Made by a program: the position numbers and the translations under genes. 64,000 nt of DNA. Source: an uncultured Nitrososphaerales archaeon (GTDB taxonomy: Archaea; Thermoproteota; Nitrososphaeria; Nitrososphaerales; Nitrososphaeraceae). The DNA is taken from NCBI GenBank assembly GCA_963713605.1, contig CAVQMO010000010.1:256001-320000 (forward strand), given 5' to 3'. Position 1 is the first letter of the stretch; each line of letters opens with the position of its first letter. The notes under the pieces were generated by a model. The model ran no database searches. It worked only from the letters and a program-made list of their open reading frames with translations, and had not been told where the DNA came from. Shown piece after piece: positions 1-10,478 of the stretch.

Positions 1-217
1 GTTGAGTTGAGTTCCAAGATTATTAATTCAATGTGTCAATTAAAAAAATGTAAATGTATTATATAAAACGAAAGATGTGGAATCGGGACTTCTTTCAGTC
101 GTTCTGTAAGTATAAAGCGCCTGGTCTTTGGTTGTAAAAGTCTTTATATCCAGTGTACCAAAGCTTGCAGTCACGCATTTGAATTTAGCTTCTAATCATC
201 ATAGTAATTTTAAAAGA

Positions 218-595
218 ATGAAGAAAACGATACTGATATGTGAGAACGAACCAGATGTGCGTTTATTATTTGGGTTAGTGCTCGGGTCAAGATATGATGT
301 AATAATGGTAGACTCTGGCGAAGAGTGTATTGAGAGGTATATAGAAGAAACAAGCCTGGGTAATAAGATACATCTCATACTATTGGATTATAAACTGGAC
401 GATATGATGGGTGATTCTGTTGCTCGCAAAATAAAAGAATACAGCGGAACCAAAATAATTCTCAATTCAGCATATAGTGTAGATGAGGTACTCGTAAAAG
501 AATTGGAAAACGGAAATTACATATCAAAATACATACAAAAACCGTTTGACACAGATCGCTTAACTGATCTAGTGGCTGAGATGATAAAAAATTAA
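218..595 (+). CDS. Stand-alone response-regulator receiver (CheY-like) protein
   Basis: KTILICENE...LILLDYKL (phospho-acceptor Asp)...YIQKPF motifs. ATG at 218 preferred over upstream TTG at 128. Confidence 0.9.
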   Translation: MKKTILICENEPDVRLLFGLVLGSRYDVIMVDSGEECIERYIEETSLGNKIHLILLDYKLDDMMGDSVARKIKEYSGTKIILNSAYSVDEVLVKELENGNYISKYIQKPFDTDRLTDLVAEMIKN

Positions 596-649
596 TTGCA
601 AGTTAGATATATCAATTAAAACTGATTGAATCAAATGCCATTCTACTGT

Positions 650-890
650 CTAGACACATTTTAGTAAGAAACTACAATTCTCACAAAAGTATGTTAAAGT
701 GTCAAAGCTGGAATTTAGTTCCATAACATCGTTACACCGTGGACACTCAATTTCATGATCTAATTAGATTACCGCCGGCTCTTCTTTCTGTTCCAATTGA
801 AGACTGGACTTTTCTAAAGTTCTCAAGACTTTGATTTTCTGACGGTTATGTGATTTGGGGAACAAGTTTAGCATGGGGACGTTTAGTCAC
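650..890 (-). pseudogene. Decayed Zn-ribbon protein, paralogue of 46075..46326
   Basis: Manual translation EQKEEPAVI*LDHEIECPRCNDVMELNSSFDTLTYFCENCSFLLKCV* matches the 46075 ORF; internal stops. Confidence 0.85.
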
Positions 891-901
891 GATGATAATT
901 G

Positions 902-1159
902 TCAAAAATGACAAATATATGAGCTAGGACTTCTAGGTGGGGGAGAGTAGCGTAGTGTACGTGGACATTCTCTTTAATTTTCAATCTCATACATGTGGTC
1001 ATTTCATTCGGCATAATGCATGATATTCAAACATATGTATGATTATACTATCGATGACTTTCTCTTCATCGATTCAATAAAAGTGCAGTTACAGTCAAGT
1101 CCCACATCTTTGCAGTTAACATATAATGGTTGTATACATTCTTCGAATTTTTGGGACAT
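902..1159 (-). pseudogene. Frameshifted DUF1059-like metal-binding protein, paralogue of 46323..46580
   Basis: MSQKFEECIQPLYVNCKDVGLDCNCTF then, in a shifted frame, IDEEKVIDSIIIHMFEYHA. Confidence 0.85.
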
Positions 1160-1426
1160 CAGAAATATGGAGTGAAATTTGTTATATAGTAATATGATAT
1201 ATTCTACTAGGAACTACGAACTAGGAAATTCTAAGTGTAATTGATACTCATAATATAATCCTACCAGCCTCCCCGTCTGTGAGTTACTACTGAGCCAGTT
1301 ATCATGGCAGTATTGTCAGGCTATTCTCATCAATCATTTGAAGTCTATGATAGAACCTAAGCAGACGAATAGTAGTTCCAATTGAGTATGAGTTGAAGTC
1401 GTTAATCTGTAAACAGATTCTATAAT

Positions 1427-1720
1427 TCACAAGCACGAGTTCACATTGACATCTATTAGGAAATCAGAAGCTGTTGGAAATTGTGCACCTACATTATTAA
1501 CTATTATCTTCATTACAATCAGGGTTACAGTTCTGGGTGGGTCTACGTCGAATGCCAACTTAGATGACGTAACTGAACCATCGGGTATCTTGGAAGTTGT
1601 AACAGCGCCATCAGCGATGTCATTATACCAATCTGCCTCAAAGTATGAGCGGTAGATTGCGTAGGTCCGTCTATGATGGCATTGGCTGCATTTCTAGTTG
1701 TTACTGTAACCATATAGTTT
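1427..1720 (-). pseudogene. Fragment of a surface protein with IADGAVTTSKI-type repeats followed by a beta-sandwich start
   Basis: Manual translation IADGAVTTSKIPDGSVTSSKLA...TVTLIVMKIIVNNVGAQFPTASDFLIDV; the latter resembles VLKVTKIV...PTPSDFTLSV in the 52666 protein. No intact start. Confidence 0.6.
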
Positions 1721-2199
1721 GCACTGGGATCTATAGTGAATCAAACTTTTCAAGATAATCTTTGCCATCAGTTGTTACGACGAGCTTATTAAAGGAATTC
1801 TTAGTTATTAGACGTGTTCGCTTCAAAGCGTCCACCCAAGTTTTTACTAATAATGTATCTCCATCAAATCTGGTTCTTCCGCTGATCATCAATCCCAATG
1901 AAAAATAAATCGGATATTAAAAAATGATTGATATAAAACAGGGGGGACTTTGCTTTTCATGTAGTGGGCGGATTACACGAGAGCATGTTGTTGTAAGTAG
2001 CGGTCGTCCAAGACACTATTATCACAAATATTTCGCGATTAAACATAACATCATCTAAATCATCTGTAGTATTCAAGCGTTTGATAGGCTGGTGGCATAC
2101 TCGTGAGCGTGCATAGTCTAAAGAAGACTAATATAGAATAGACAAACCGAATAACACCTTAGTTCATATTACCATAACACCCACGTAATTACGACATTA

Positions 2200-2445
2200 A
2201 TGAGTTACAGACAGAACACGAGATCAACGGATAACTTCTCAAAACCTGTAGAAACAGATAAAGAATACACAGTAGATATTACCGATAATGGTAGCGCAGG
2301 AGACGGTATAGCAAGAATAGATGGTTTAATAATCTTTGTAAAAAATGCAAAAGCCGGTTACAAGAACGTGAAAATTAAGATCAGTTCTGTAAAAGATAGA
2401 TTTGCTACTGCAGAAATAGCAGCAGATTCAATATATTCGACTTAA
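2200..2445 (+). CDS. Single TRAM-domain protein (archaeal RNA chaperone type)
   Basis: KPVETDKEYTVDITDNGSAGDGIARIDGLIIFVKNAK...VKIKI...FATAEI signature. Confidence 0.92.
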   Translation: MSYRQNTRSTDNFSKPVETDKEYTVDITDNGSAGDGIARIDGLIIFVKNAKAGYKNVKIKISSVKDRFATAEIAADSIYST

Positions 2446-2939
2446 GTAATCAGCATTACTTTCTCCCACTAGTGCTGCTTTACTTCGTAAGTAGTCACGC
2501 ATTTTGTAAGTGTTCAATAACTGTGTTAACGTTCGTGAGTTAGACTTGATGTGTTTACGAAATGCGGTTTACAATTTATTTTTTACGATCTCAGTTACTA
2601 GATCTGTTAAGCAACTTGTCTCGAATGGTTCGCAGATTTATTATGATTATAGGTTAACGTAGTAGTAACAACATGGTGGGAGACTACTCATCTTATCTCT
2701 TCAATAAGCACCCAGTCATTGTAATTAACTGAATTGATTCTGTCCGTTAATATTAATTAATAGTAGATTGTAAAGCAAATTGATCTAATCAGTCTCTGAG
2801 TCGGACTTGGTAAAATATACTAAACTTTGATAGTCGAAGATTTGTCCATTAAATAGGATATAACGGAAATACGATTTCTGTTTTCTATTGTATTTTCTTA
2901 ACTGACATTAACTTTAAGCGACAAAGTAGAATGTGACAT

Positions 2940-3212
2940 ATGGAGCGATAGCTCGCATTCCAGTTAAGTGTTATTATGATTGCCTTAGTGTTGCTTGCAT
3001 CTACGCATCCAGTGTTTGCTGATAGTTATGAGAAGAGCCAAGCCATATCTCAGGTTAATGAATGCGGTAATTATTGGTTTCCAGTAAACATAATATGTTC
3101 CAATTTAAACTTCCAAGTCCAAGGTGATGAGAATGATGCTGCGGCGGCTGCGGCAACTCAGGATGGTGAAAGTACAGTTTCTGACACGAATTATGGTACT
3201 CCATTTCCATAG
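2940..3212 (+). CDS. Small secreted Gln/Asn-rich two-Cys protein; TAG at codon 4, or start at 2976
   Basis: Hydrophobic signal ending VFA, then YEKSQAISQVNECGN...C.N...QVQGDEN. ATG 2940 is in frame and lies ~25 nt after a TTTAAG box, but a TAG occupies 2949-2951. Confidence 0.75.
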
Positions 3213-3399
3213 AAGCTTTATTTGATTTGCCAAAAAAAGCCAACTAGAGCAATTATTTCAATTCTCCATCGAGAGTTCGTGCGGAATTTCCATAAGATTT
3301 TTCAAGTTGGTGCATACAGTAGATTCTTGGGACCAAAGTCAATCTTAAGCCATTTCGCTATTTCCTCTTATATCCAATGTCGTAATCATTGAAAACGGG

Positions 3400-3696
3400 A
3401 TGGAAGATGTTGTTCGATGGGCTGATATCATTGGTACTATTGCTGGCATTTTGGTGATGTCGTCATCCATGCCTCAGATAATGAAGTCTTACAAGACCAA
3501 AAAGATGTCCGATGTATCTATTTATTTGATGAGTCTTATAGCAAGTGGATTATTTCTATGGATTATCTATGGTCTTATCAGATCTGACCCGATCATAATT
3601 GGAACCAATGCAGCCGGACTTAGTCTAAATGCTATTTTACTAATTATGAAAATTAGATATGATAAGACACAAAGTAGTAGCATAAAGACATCGTAA
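3400..3696 (+). CDS. SemiSWEET / PQ-loop (MtN3) family transporter
   Basis: GTIAGIL...PQIMKSYKTKKMSDVS...GLFLWIIYG...PIIIGTN; three TM segments. Confidence 0.92.
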   Translation: MEDVVRWADIIGTIAGILVMSSSMPQIMKSYKTKKMSDVSIYLMSLIASGLFLWIIYGLIRSDPIIIGTNAAGLSLNAILLIMKIRYDKTQSSSIKTS

Positions 3697-4134
3697 GTAT
3701 ACTAATTCTCGTCTTTTTAAAAAAATAGATTGCATGGTCAACTGACGTTATCAGCATCGAAAAATATGCCTTGGTAAAGAAGTCAGAGTTTCATTCTGTC
3801 TGTTCCTTGATCAAGAACTTATCATATATATTTTTAGTCTACTCTAAATGTTCTGGTAAACCCTTCCCTTCTCTTGGTCGTACAATAGTACTTTGCATCA
3901 CTAATACAAAATGCCGTTAACCTGAAAAGAGTCGTTTCAAAGCCAAGAAAGATTCGAAGATCGTCTGGAGAAAAAGATTTTTCGGTTTAGACGAAAAATT
4001 CTATATAGACTAACTAAGTGTTTAATAGATCTCGCTTTGTTATTGTTCTATTATTTTCTTGTTTTTCTTATTTTTGTTGGCTGATTCTCGAGGGAAAAAA
4101 GTGGGACGTCTTTGTGATCTTAGATATGGTGAGG

Positions 4135-5080
4135 CTAAGAATGAGCTTCTAGCTGGAAAGGGACCTCATATATTCTACCATATCTGTTAACCATAACTGT
4201 TACACGGTCATTAGCTTTCTTTTTCTGTCTTATATACGATGATATTTGCGAAGGACTCTGTATCTTATTTCCATCAACCTCTTCAATAATGTCTCCTCGT
4301 CTAAGCCCTGCATTATCTGCAGGGCTATATGGCTCGACATTTACGATTAAAGCACCTTCTACAATCGGTAGTCTGTAGTACCTGGCTATCTTAGGATCTA
4401 TCTTTATTGTACTTATGCCTAGCCATGGCCTTGATACTTGTCCATCCTCTATCAATTCAGCTAATATCGATTTCACCGTATTGATAGGAACAGCAAACCC
4501 GATTCCTTGTCCATATGGTATTTTTGCCGTATTAATTGCAACTACTTCGCCCTTTGTGTTAATTAGTGGTCCACCTGAATTACCTGGATTTATCGCAGCA
4601 TCAGTTTGGACCAACTCCAAGATCCCATTCTCAAATTGTACATTTCTATTTAATGAACTAATAATTCCAGCAGTTACAGTAGGCGTTCCAGTAAGACCAA
4701 AAGGGTTGCCTACGGCCATAACTATTTGTCCAACCTTGAGCTCATCAGAGTTGCCAAGATCTGCAGGTTGAAAGCTCACCTCATTATTAGGCTCTGTCTT
4801 AACAACAGCCAAATCAGTCACTACATCCTTACCTACCGTCTTGGCATTGGCTAGTTTGGAATCACTAAAAGTTACCCTTAACCTTTCTGTATCATCTATT
4901 ACATGATTGTTGGTTAGTATATGTCCCTTATTGTCAAGTATGACGCCGGATCCTACACCTTGTACTGGAAATACTCTAAAAAGCTCGATCTTGCATCAAT
5001 CGAACACCAGCTATGTTGACTACACTTTTGCTAACTTTTTCAACTGCACTAATGATGGCCTCCTCTGAGACTGGCATCAT
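4135..5080 (-). CDS. htrA: HtrA/DegP-like trypsin serine protease with PDZ domain (one +1 frameshift near 4987)
   Basis: GSGVI...ILTNNHV, TDLAVVK and QTDAAINPGNSGGPL triad motifs plus C-terminal PDZ. N-terminus MMPVSEEAIISAVEKV is in another frame; span 946 = 3n+1. Confidence 0.9.
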
Positions 5081-5308
5081 TATGTTGTGAAGATCACTTC
5101 CTTATTCTCCATATTGGTTATGCGATATATGGTTGCTTGCCTATTTATACATATCGTATATGCAGTACGAAATAACCCCTCCCTGAAAGAATCATTCCTG
5201 GATACCACAGGCAGAGATTACATACTTCATGATATACTAATTACAGAGTAGGCAATACAAGAGGATATATGTCGAGAGTACGAAGTTCCAATTGGTTTCG
5301 AGCATATA

Positions 5309-6331
5309 TTGATAACCATTAAGAATCTCTTCAAACAGTATGACAATGTAACTGTTCTTAATGATATTAATATCAAAGTATTTGATAATGAGGTATTTGG
5401 ACTCCTAGGACCAAATGGGGCTGGTAAGACCACACTAATCCATATTCTTGCTACTTTGATCGAACCAAGCGCTGGCAGTGCAACAGTGAATGGATACGAT
5501 ATAATCAAGAACCCTTCCGAAGTCAGATCTAGTATTGGTATTGTATTTCAAGCTCCAAGTAGTGACGATATGCTTACTGGATACGAAAACTTGAAGTTAC
5601 ATTCACTTTTATACGCAGTCCCAAAAGAACTTCGGGAAAAAAGGATATCTGAAGTGTTAGAGCTGGTGGGCCTTACCAACAGAAAGGACGACCAAGTCAA
5701 AAAATATTCTGGAGGTATGCGCAGACGCTTAGAAATAGCCAGAGGTTTACTCCACAAACCAACTGTAATCTTTCTGGATGAACCAACACTTGGGCTTGAT
5801 CCTAGTAGCAGGGAAGTGATGTGGAAATATATTAACCGATTAGTTAAAGATGAAAAAATTACGCTTATACTTACGACGCATTACATGGAAGAAGCAGATT
5901 TTCTTTGTGATAGAATTGGTATCATAGATAAAGGCATGATAATTGCTCTTGACTCACCGAAGCAATTGAAAGAACAACTTGGAGGAGATGTAATAGAAAT
6001 GGAGTTAGCAAACAAACATACTGACGAAGAAAACATAGGCCGTCTTTTAAAGCAGTGCAATTTTGTGCGTAAAGTTGAAATAGATGCAAAAAAAGGAAAT
6101 CTTCTCATATATGTAGATGACGCAAGCCATAATTTACCTGCTATTCTCAAAATATTAGATAAGACAAATAATACGGAGGTAGAATCGGTAGAACTTAGGA
6201 GCCCTACTCTTAACGATGTTTTTCTTAAATTTGCAAAAAGACACATTACAAAGAGACAGGGGCAAGACGAGGATGAGGATGATTCAGAAGGAGGGTTTAT
6301 GGAAAAATATGCTCAATATGGAAATAAATAA
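5309..6331 (+). CDS. ABC-2 (DrrA-like) exporter ATP-binding subunit
   Basis: GPNGAGKT, YSGGMRRRLEIA, FLDEPT, TTHYMEEA. Confidence 0.95.
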   Translation: MITIKNLFKQYDNVTVLNDINIKVFDNEVFGLLGPNGAGKTTLIHILATLIEPSAGSATVNGYDIIKNPSEVRSSIGIVFQAPSSDDMLTGYENLKLHSLLYAVPKELREKRISEVLELVGLTNRKDDQVKKYSGGMRRRLEIARGLLHKPTVIFLDEPTLGLDPSSREVMWKYINRLVKDEKITLILTTHYMEEADFLCDRIGIIDKGMIIALDSPKQLKEQLGGDVIEMELANKHTDEENIGRLLKQCNFVRKVEIDAKKGNLLIYVDDASHNLPAILKILDKTNNTEVESVELRSPTLNDVFLKFAKRHITKRQGQDEDEDDSEGGFMEKYAQYGNK

Positions 6332-7124
6332 GAGAGGGATAGAATTAGGGTTAGGGAAGCTATACGCTATTTGGCTTAGAGAATTCAAAGTCTTTTTAAG
6401 AGAAAAAAGTAGGCTCATCGCATCTACATTTACTCCGCTATTATGGCTATTTGTTATTGGAGAAGGGTTTGGATCAACAACTGATCTTTTTGGTACAGCG
6501 CGTTTTGCAGCCGATACTAATATCGGGTATCAACAGTTCATTTTTCCTGGCATAATATGTATGTCAGTTATATTTACTTCAGTATTCTTCGGTTCCTACA
6601 TAATCTGGGACAGAAAGTTTGATTTTCTCAAAAGTGTGATGGTAGCTCCGGTTAGTAGAACTACGATCTTCCTAGGGAAGGCTTTTGGAGGCATGACTAC
6701 TTCATTGATACAAGCCGCTATTTTGTTAGTAGTTGGATTTGTGATTGGAATACACTATACTCCACTGTCTTTGGTTTTTATTATTATCATAATCCTTCTT
6801 CTTTCCTTCACACTCACATCGCTCGGTCTTACTCTGGGGAGTCATATGGAAAGCTTGGAGGGTTTTCAACTAATCGTAAGCTTTGTTGTATTTCCTCTTT
6901 ACTTTCTAAGTGGGGCTCTTTTTCCACTAAATAATCTTCCAACATGGCTTTCTATTTTAACTACCCTAGATCCAGTCACTTATGGAGTTGGCGCATTGAG
7001 AGAGGTAATGCTGGGAATAACAGGAATGAACCCATTCGCCTTAAACATCGGTATTTTGCTGCTCTCCGCAGCATCTCTAGGGACTATTGGAGTGCTCTCC
7101 TTTAGACGAATGAAAGCTGTCTAG
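6318..7124 (+). CDS. ABC-2 (DrrB-like) exporter permease
   Basis: IWLREFK...YQQFIFPGII...FLSGALFP...DPVTYGV; about six TMs; overlaps the ATPase stop. Confidence 0.93.
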   Translation: MEINKRGIELGLGKLYAIWLREFKVFLREKSRLIASTFTPLLWLFVIGEGFGSTTDLFGTARFAADTNIGYQQFIFPGIICMSVIFTSVFFGSYIIWDRKFDFLKSVMVAPVSRTTIFLGKAFGGMTTSLIQAAILLVVGFVIGIHYTPLSLVFIIIIILLLSFTLTSLGLTLGSHMESLEGFQLIVSFVVFPLYFLSGALFPLNNLPTWLSILTTLDPVTYGVGALREVMLGITGMNPFALNIGILLLSAASLGTIGVLSFRRMKAV

Positions 7125-7307
7125 TTGACTAAAATTGTGTATGTGCGTTCGTGTGTCCGAACTCTTTTTTCTTTCGTTACACACCATTGCATTCTCAATC
7201 ATGTTTTCAATGAAGTATGATTATGACAGATCGCAACTAACTTATATAGAATAGTAACAACCCTGCTGGAAAGACGATGACTTATGTGCGGATGCAAGTG
7301 AATAACA

Positions 7308-7691
7308 TCAAATCATTTTCTTGCTTGAAACTATTTCTTTAATTTTGGCTTTGATCTGCGTCAATTCATCAGGAATCTCTTTCGATTTATTCGTCCATAT
7401 CACTGTATGGACTTTGCTTCCTATCGTTACGATAAGTGTGAATGATAACACATTGCTATCATCCTTTTCTGCGTCTTTCCCAGCTGGATAGTCGGCATTA
7501 AATTCAAAGAATCTATCACCTTTAAAACAGTCTCTCAATATTTCCTCATCTGAATCAGCCAAGGTCTTCTGTACAAGGTTTGAACCTGTCATATCAGTAG
7601 AAGCTTTAATTTCCTTTGTTGCTGAATCATACGAGACTAGAAGATATTTGTTGCTCAAACCACCTGATTCAGTATATTTGAAACTAAACAT
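7308..7691 (-). CDS. Hypothetical protein
   Basis: Clean 127-aa ORF with AT-rich TATA-like box ~28 nt upstream. Confidence 0.7.
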   Translation of the reverse strand: MFSFKYTESGGLSNKYLLVSYDSATKEIKASTDMTGSNLVQKTLADSDEEILRDCFKGDRFFEFNADYPAGKDAEKDDSNVLSFTLIVTIGSKVHTVIWTNKSKEIPDELTQIKAKIKEIVSSKKMI

Positions 7692-8009
7692 ATGGTATTA
7701 ATGAGTTTATTTGCTTATATGTATTGGTTGTAAATTATCACTAGTGATATCATAACACTTTCATGCTTGAGACTTTGTTACTTTCCAACCAGTAACTCTA
7801 ACCTACTTATTGCATCATTCATCACATTCTTACACTCACTATCATCGTGGTATGGCACTGCATCTGTGGATACTAAATAACAGATAGAGAATACTGGTAA
7901 TCTTTTTCAAGCTTCTTAATCCTCTCTTTCCTAGAGGAGCTCCTTCACCCTATGTTGGCGGTATAAAAAACGGGAAAAAGGAGTCCATTTATCCGTACTG
8001 GTGTATTAT

Positions 8010-8238
8010 TCACTTCACAAATACTGTATATACTCCGTCTCTTTCTATCAGTTCAGAAGTAGGACCAGCAAGGTGATCCGTGACACTGAATTCTATAGTA
8101 TGTTTTCCTACAGCCAGAGGAGGCAAGAATAAAGTATATGCATCTGTTATTCCTCTAGATGCGCCAGGGGTCTAAAATCAAAGAGACCTTTAACGGAGTT
8201 TGGTGGTACTGTTACATTGTAAAAGCTCGCTGTAACCA
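8010..8238 (-). pseudogene. C-terminal remnant of a secreted protein family (DGYWVFLxPLxxGxHTI type)
   Basis: FYNVTVPPNS...(frameshift)...PGASRGITDAYTLFLPPLAVGKHTIEFSV...YTVFVK*. Confidence 0.6.
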
Positions 8239-8286
8239 TCTATCTTAACCATTATTGGTTAGTTTTACTTCAAAGTGATATAATGT

Positions 8287-8510
8287 ATACCGTCATTTCG
8301 TATAGCTAGCAAAATGGAATATGTAGAATGGAAGAATTTCTGAGAGCGCTTCCCAAAACTGATAGAAAAGTATTTGATGATATGTTTTCCACATCCGCTT
8401 TATACAATTCGGCATGCGTATTCTCTGCTAATCCTGTACGAATACAACCTATAATTATGTCTATTTTATTTCATCATTATAAGGAACTAACCAAACTCGG
8501 ATCAAAATGA
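8287..8510 (+). pseudogene. Truncated, frameshifted small helical protein of the MGRTIPSFR type (arCOG07300-like, PolB2-associated)
   Basis: IPSFRIASKMEYVEWKNF then, shifted, LRALPKTDRKVFDDMF...IIMSILFHHYKEL. First codons missing. Confidence 0.65.
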
Positions 8511-8592
8511 AGAGGCATGAATACCTTTAACGGGTTTGCGGAAAAGAAAAAAGTGAGTTGGATTGTTACTTGCTGTTACCTGTTATTCCTTA

Positions 8593-9582
8593 TTACCTTC
8601 CTATACACAGACCACTTGGATTACTTGTCTGACAGCTGTTGTCCACATATTGGTTTGCGTTGATGTTTGTTGGTAGTCCATTTGCATTGTTAAGGTCAAT
8701 TACATTCTCAAGTACGTTATTTGCTGATATTGTATTCTGTTTGCTCTGTCCATCTAGAAATACTCCATTCTGACTTCCAACTACATTGTTCATTCCTACA
8801 CTGGACTGTTGTGTGTTGACAAATGTTATTCCTGCTAGCAAGTTGCCATTCATAAGGTTTGAGTCTATAGCACCACCTGTACTTGAGTGAGATGCTACAC
8901 CTATACTATTACCCTGTATAATGTTTTGTTTTACTTGTGCATTTTCAGCTCCTGTCATAAATGTACCTATCTGGTTGTTAGATAGTATGACAGAATTAAT
9001 CGTAAATCCATTTGCTCCAGTAAGAAGTACTCCTGCTTGGAAGTTGCTGAGTGAACCAGGTCCATTTACTACTACATTATCAACATTTGGTACCATAATC
9101 CCAACTTTAGAGCTGTCCTGTCCAGGTCCTGTGATTGAGAATCCATTCATGTTAATTACTGTGTTTGGACCACCTACTATGATACCATCTCCACTATTGC
9201 AGTTAAGATTTGCAGTTAGATTTACTACTCCGCTTACCACTTGTCCACATGCTGCGTTTGTTGATGCTGCTTGTTGTGGTTGTGCTTGTTGCTGTGGTTG
9301 TGGTTGGGCTTGTTGTTGCAGGGTAGCAACGTCATCACTCTCAACGTTACCTCCAGTATTAGGAGCGGTTTCCATACTTAACGGTGCTAATTGTGGTTGC
9401 TGTGGGAGCGTGTTAACTACGTTACTGTTACCACTACCATTATCATCATCATCGTCATTGTGCTTTGGTTTTGTTGCATCCGCTGGAAAAGTGTACAGTG
9501 CGGTTAAACTACCTACCGATACTACTAATGCTACCGCGATTATTACTGCTAGTATCGTTCTTGTTGTATTTATTTGATTCAT
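8593..9582 (-). CDS. Secreted right-handed beta-helix (NosD/pectin-lyase-like) protein with D/Q/P-rich linker
   Basis: Signal peptide, low-complexity linker, CGQVV...LTANLNC...DGIIV start and Asn-ladder repeats. GGAGGT RBS and ATGA overlap with the upstream gene. Confidence 0.88.
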   Translation of the reverse strand: MNQINTTRTILAVIIAVALVVSVGSLTALYTFPADATKPKHNDDDDDNGSGNSNVVNTLPQQPQLAPLSMETAPNTGGNVESDDVATLQQQAQPQPQQQAQPQQAASTNAACGQVVSGVVNLTANLNCNSGDGIIVGGPNTVINMNGFSITGPGQDSSKVGIMVPNVDNVVVNGPGSLSNFQAGVLLTGANGFTINSVILSNNQIGTFMTGAENAQVKQNIIQGNSIGVASHSSTGGAIDSNLMNGNLLAGITFVNTQQSSVGMNNVVGSQNGVFLDGQSKQNTISANNVLENVIDLNNANGLPTNINANQYVDNSCQTSNPSGLCIGR

Positions 9583-9881
9583 TTATAGTAACCTCCGATG
9601 CTAACAATTCTGCTGTTATCTGTTGTTGGAGCAAGTGGTGGCACTAATTCATGCATCTTTTCATATATTTCCAATAACTTCATGCCTTTTTCTGCTGTTC
9701 TATATGTCTGCTTTCCACTTTCATATTCGATGAGTCCATTGTCTTGCAACATTGTAAGATATTCTCGGAGCTGCGCAAATGATAGAAATGCTTTGTACAT
9801 TATTTTTGTCTTGGTTGCTCCTCCTCCGTTTGCGGCATCAAGGATGAGGCCAACAATTTCAGTTCTACTTCTGTATTTCAT
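9579..9881 (-). CDS. Winged-helix transcription regulator (HTH_45/COG3432-like)
   Basis: MKYRSRTEIVGLIL...ATKTKIMYKAFLS...YLTMLQDNGLI...YRTAEKG. Confidence 0.92.
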   Translation of the reverse strand: MKYRSRTEIVGLILDAANGGGATKTKIMYKAFLSFAQLREYLTMLQDNGLIEYESGKQTYRTAEKGMKLLEIYEKMHELVPPLAPTTDNSRIVSIGGYYK

Positions 9882-10478
9882 AATAGAATCAATCAGAACT
9901 TGTAGACTAGATATTTATACACGCCTACTATTACTACTAATACTTGCGTTAGTATGTATTTAATTATAATATTCACATATCACATCAAGTATAACTATAC
10001 GATCTTAGAAGTATCCATTTTACTAGAAGAATGACATCAGAGATCTACGCGATTAAATTCAGATATCGCAATGTTAGTTAACAATTTTACAGCTAATATT
10101 GAGGCGCACAGACATACCCATCTAAACGCAATGTAACAAGGATTTGTTTGATAAGCAGGGACAAATGACATTCACATTATTAAGCCTCCTACTATAAATT
10201 TCTGTAATCTGTTGCTTATAGCAAATATCTCGATTATGTCTATAAATATGACTTACTAAGGATTCTGTATAGGCAATAAGTCTAATAGGCTGGTCAAATT
10301 AGGCCGGCGGATATCCCTTCTACACTTAGCAGGCAAATAACTCCCCGTCTTACAAGAACCAAATATTCGACCGTATACTAGTAGTAGCAGTTAAGCGATG
10401 CGATAAGAAATCATAACAGAATAGCAAAGCTTAAACTTAATTTAAAAAAGAAATGAAAAATTGGTTATTAAGATCACG

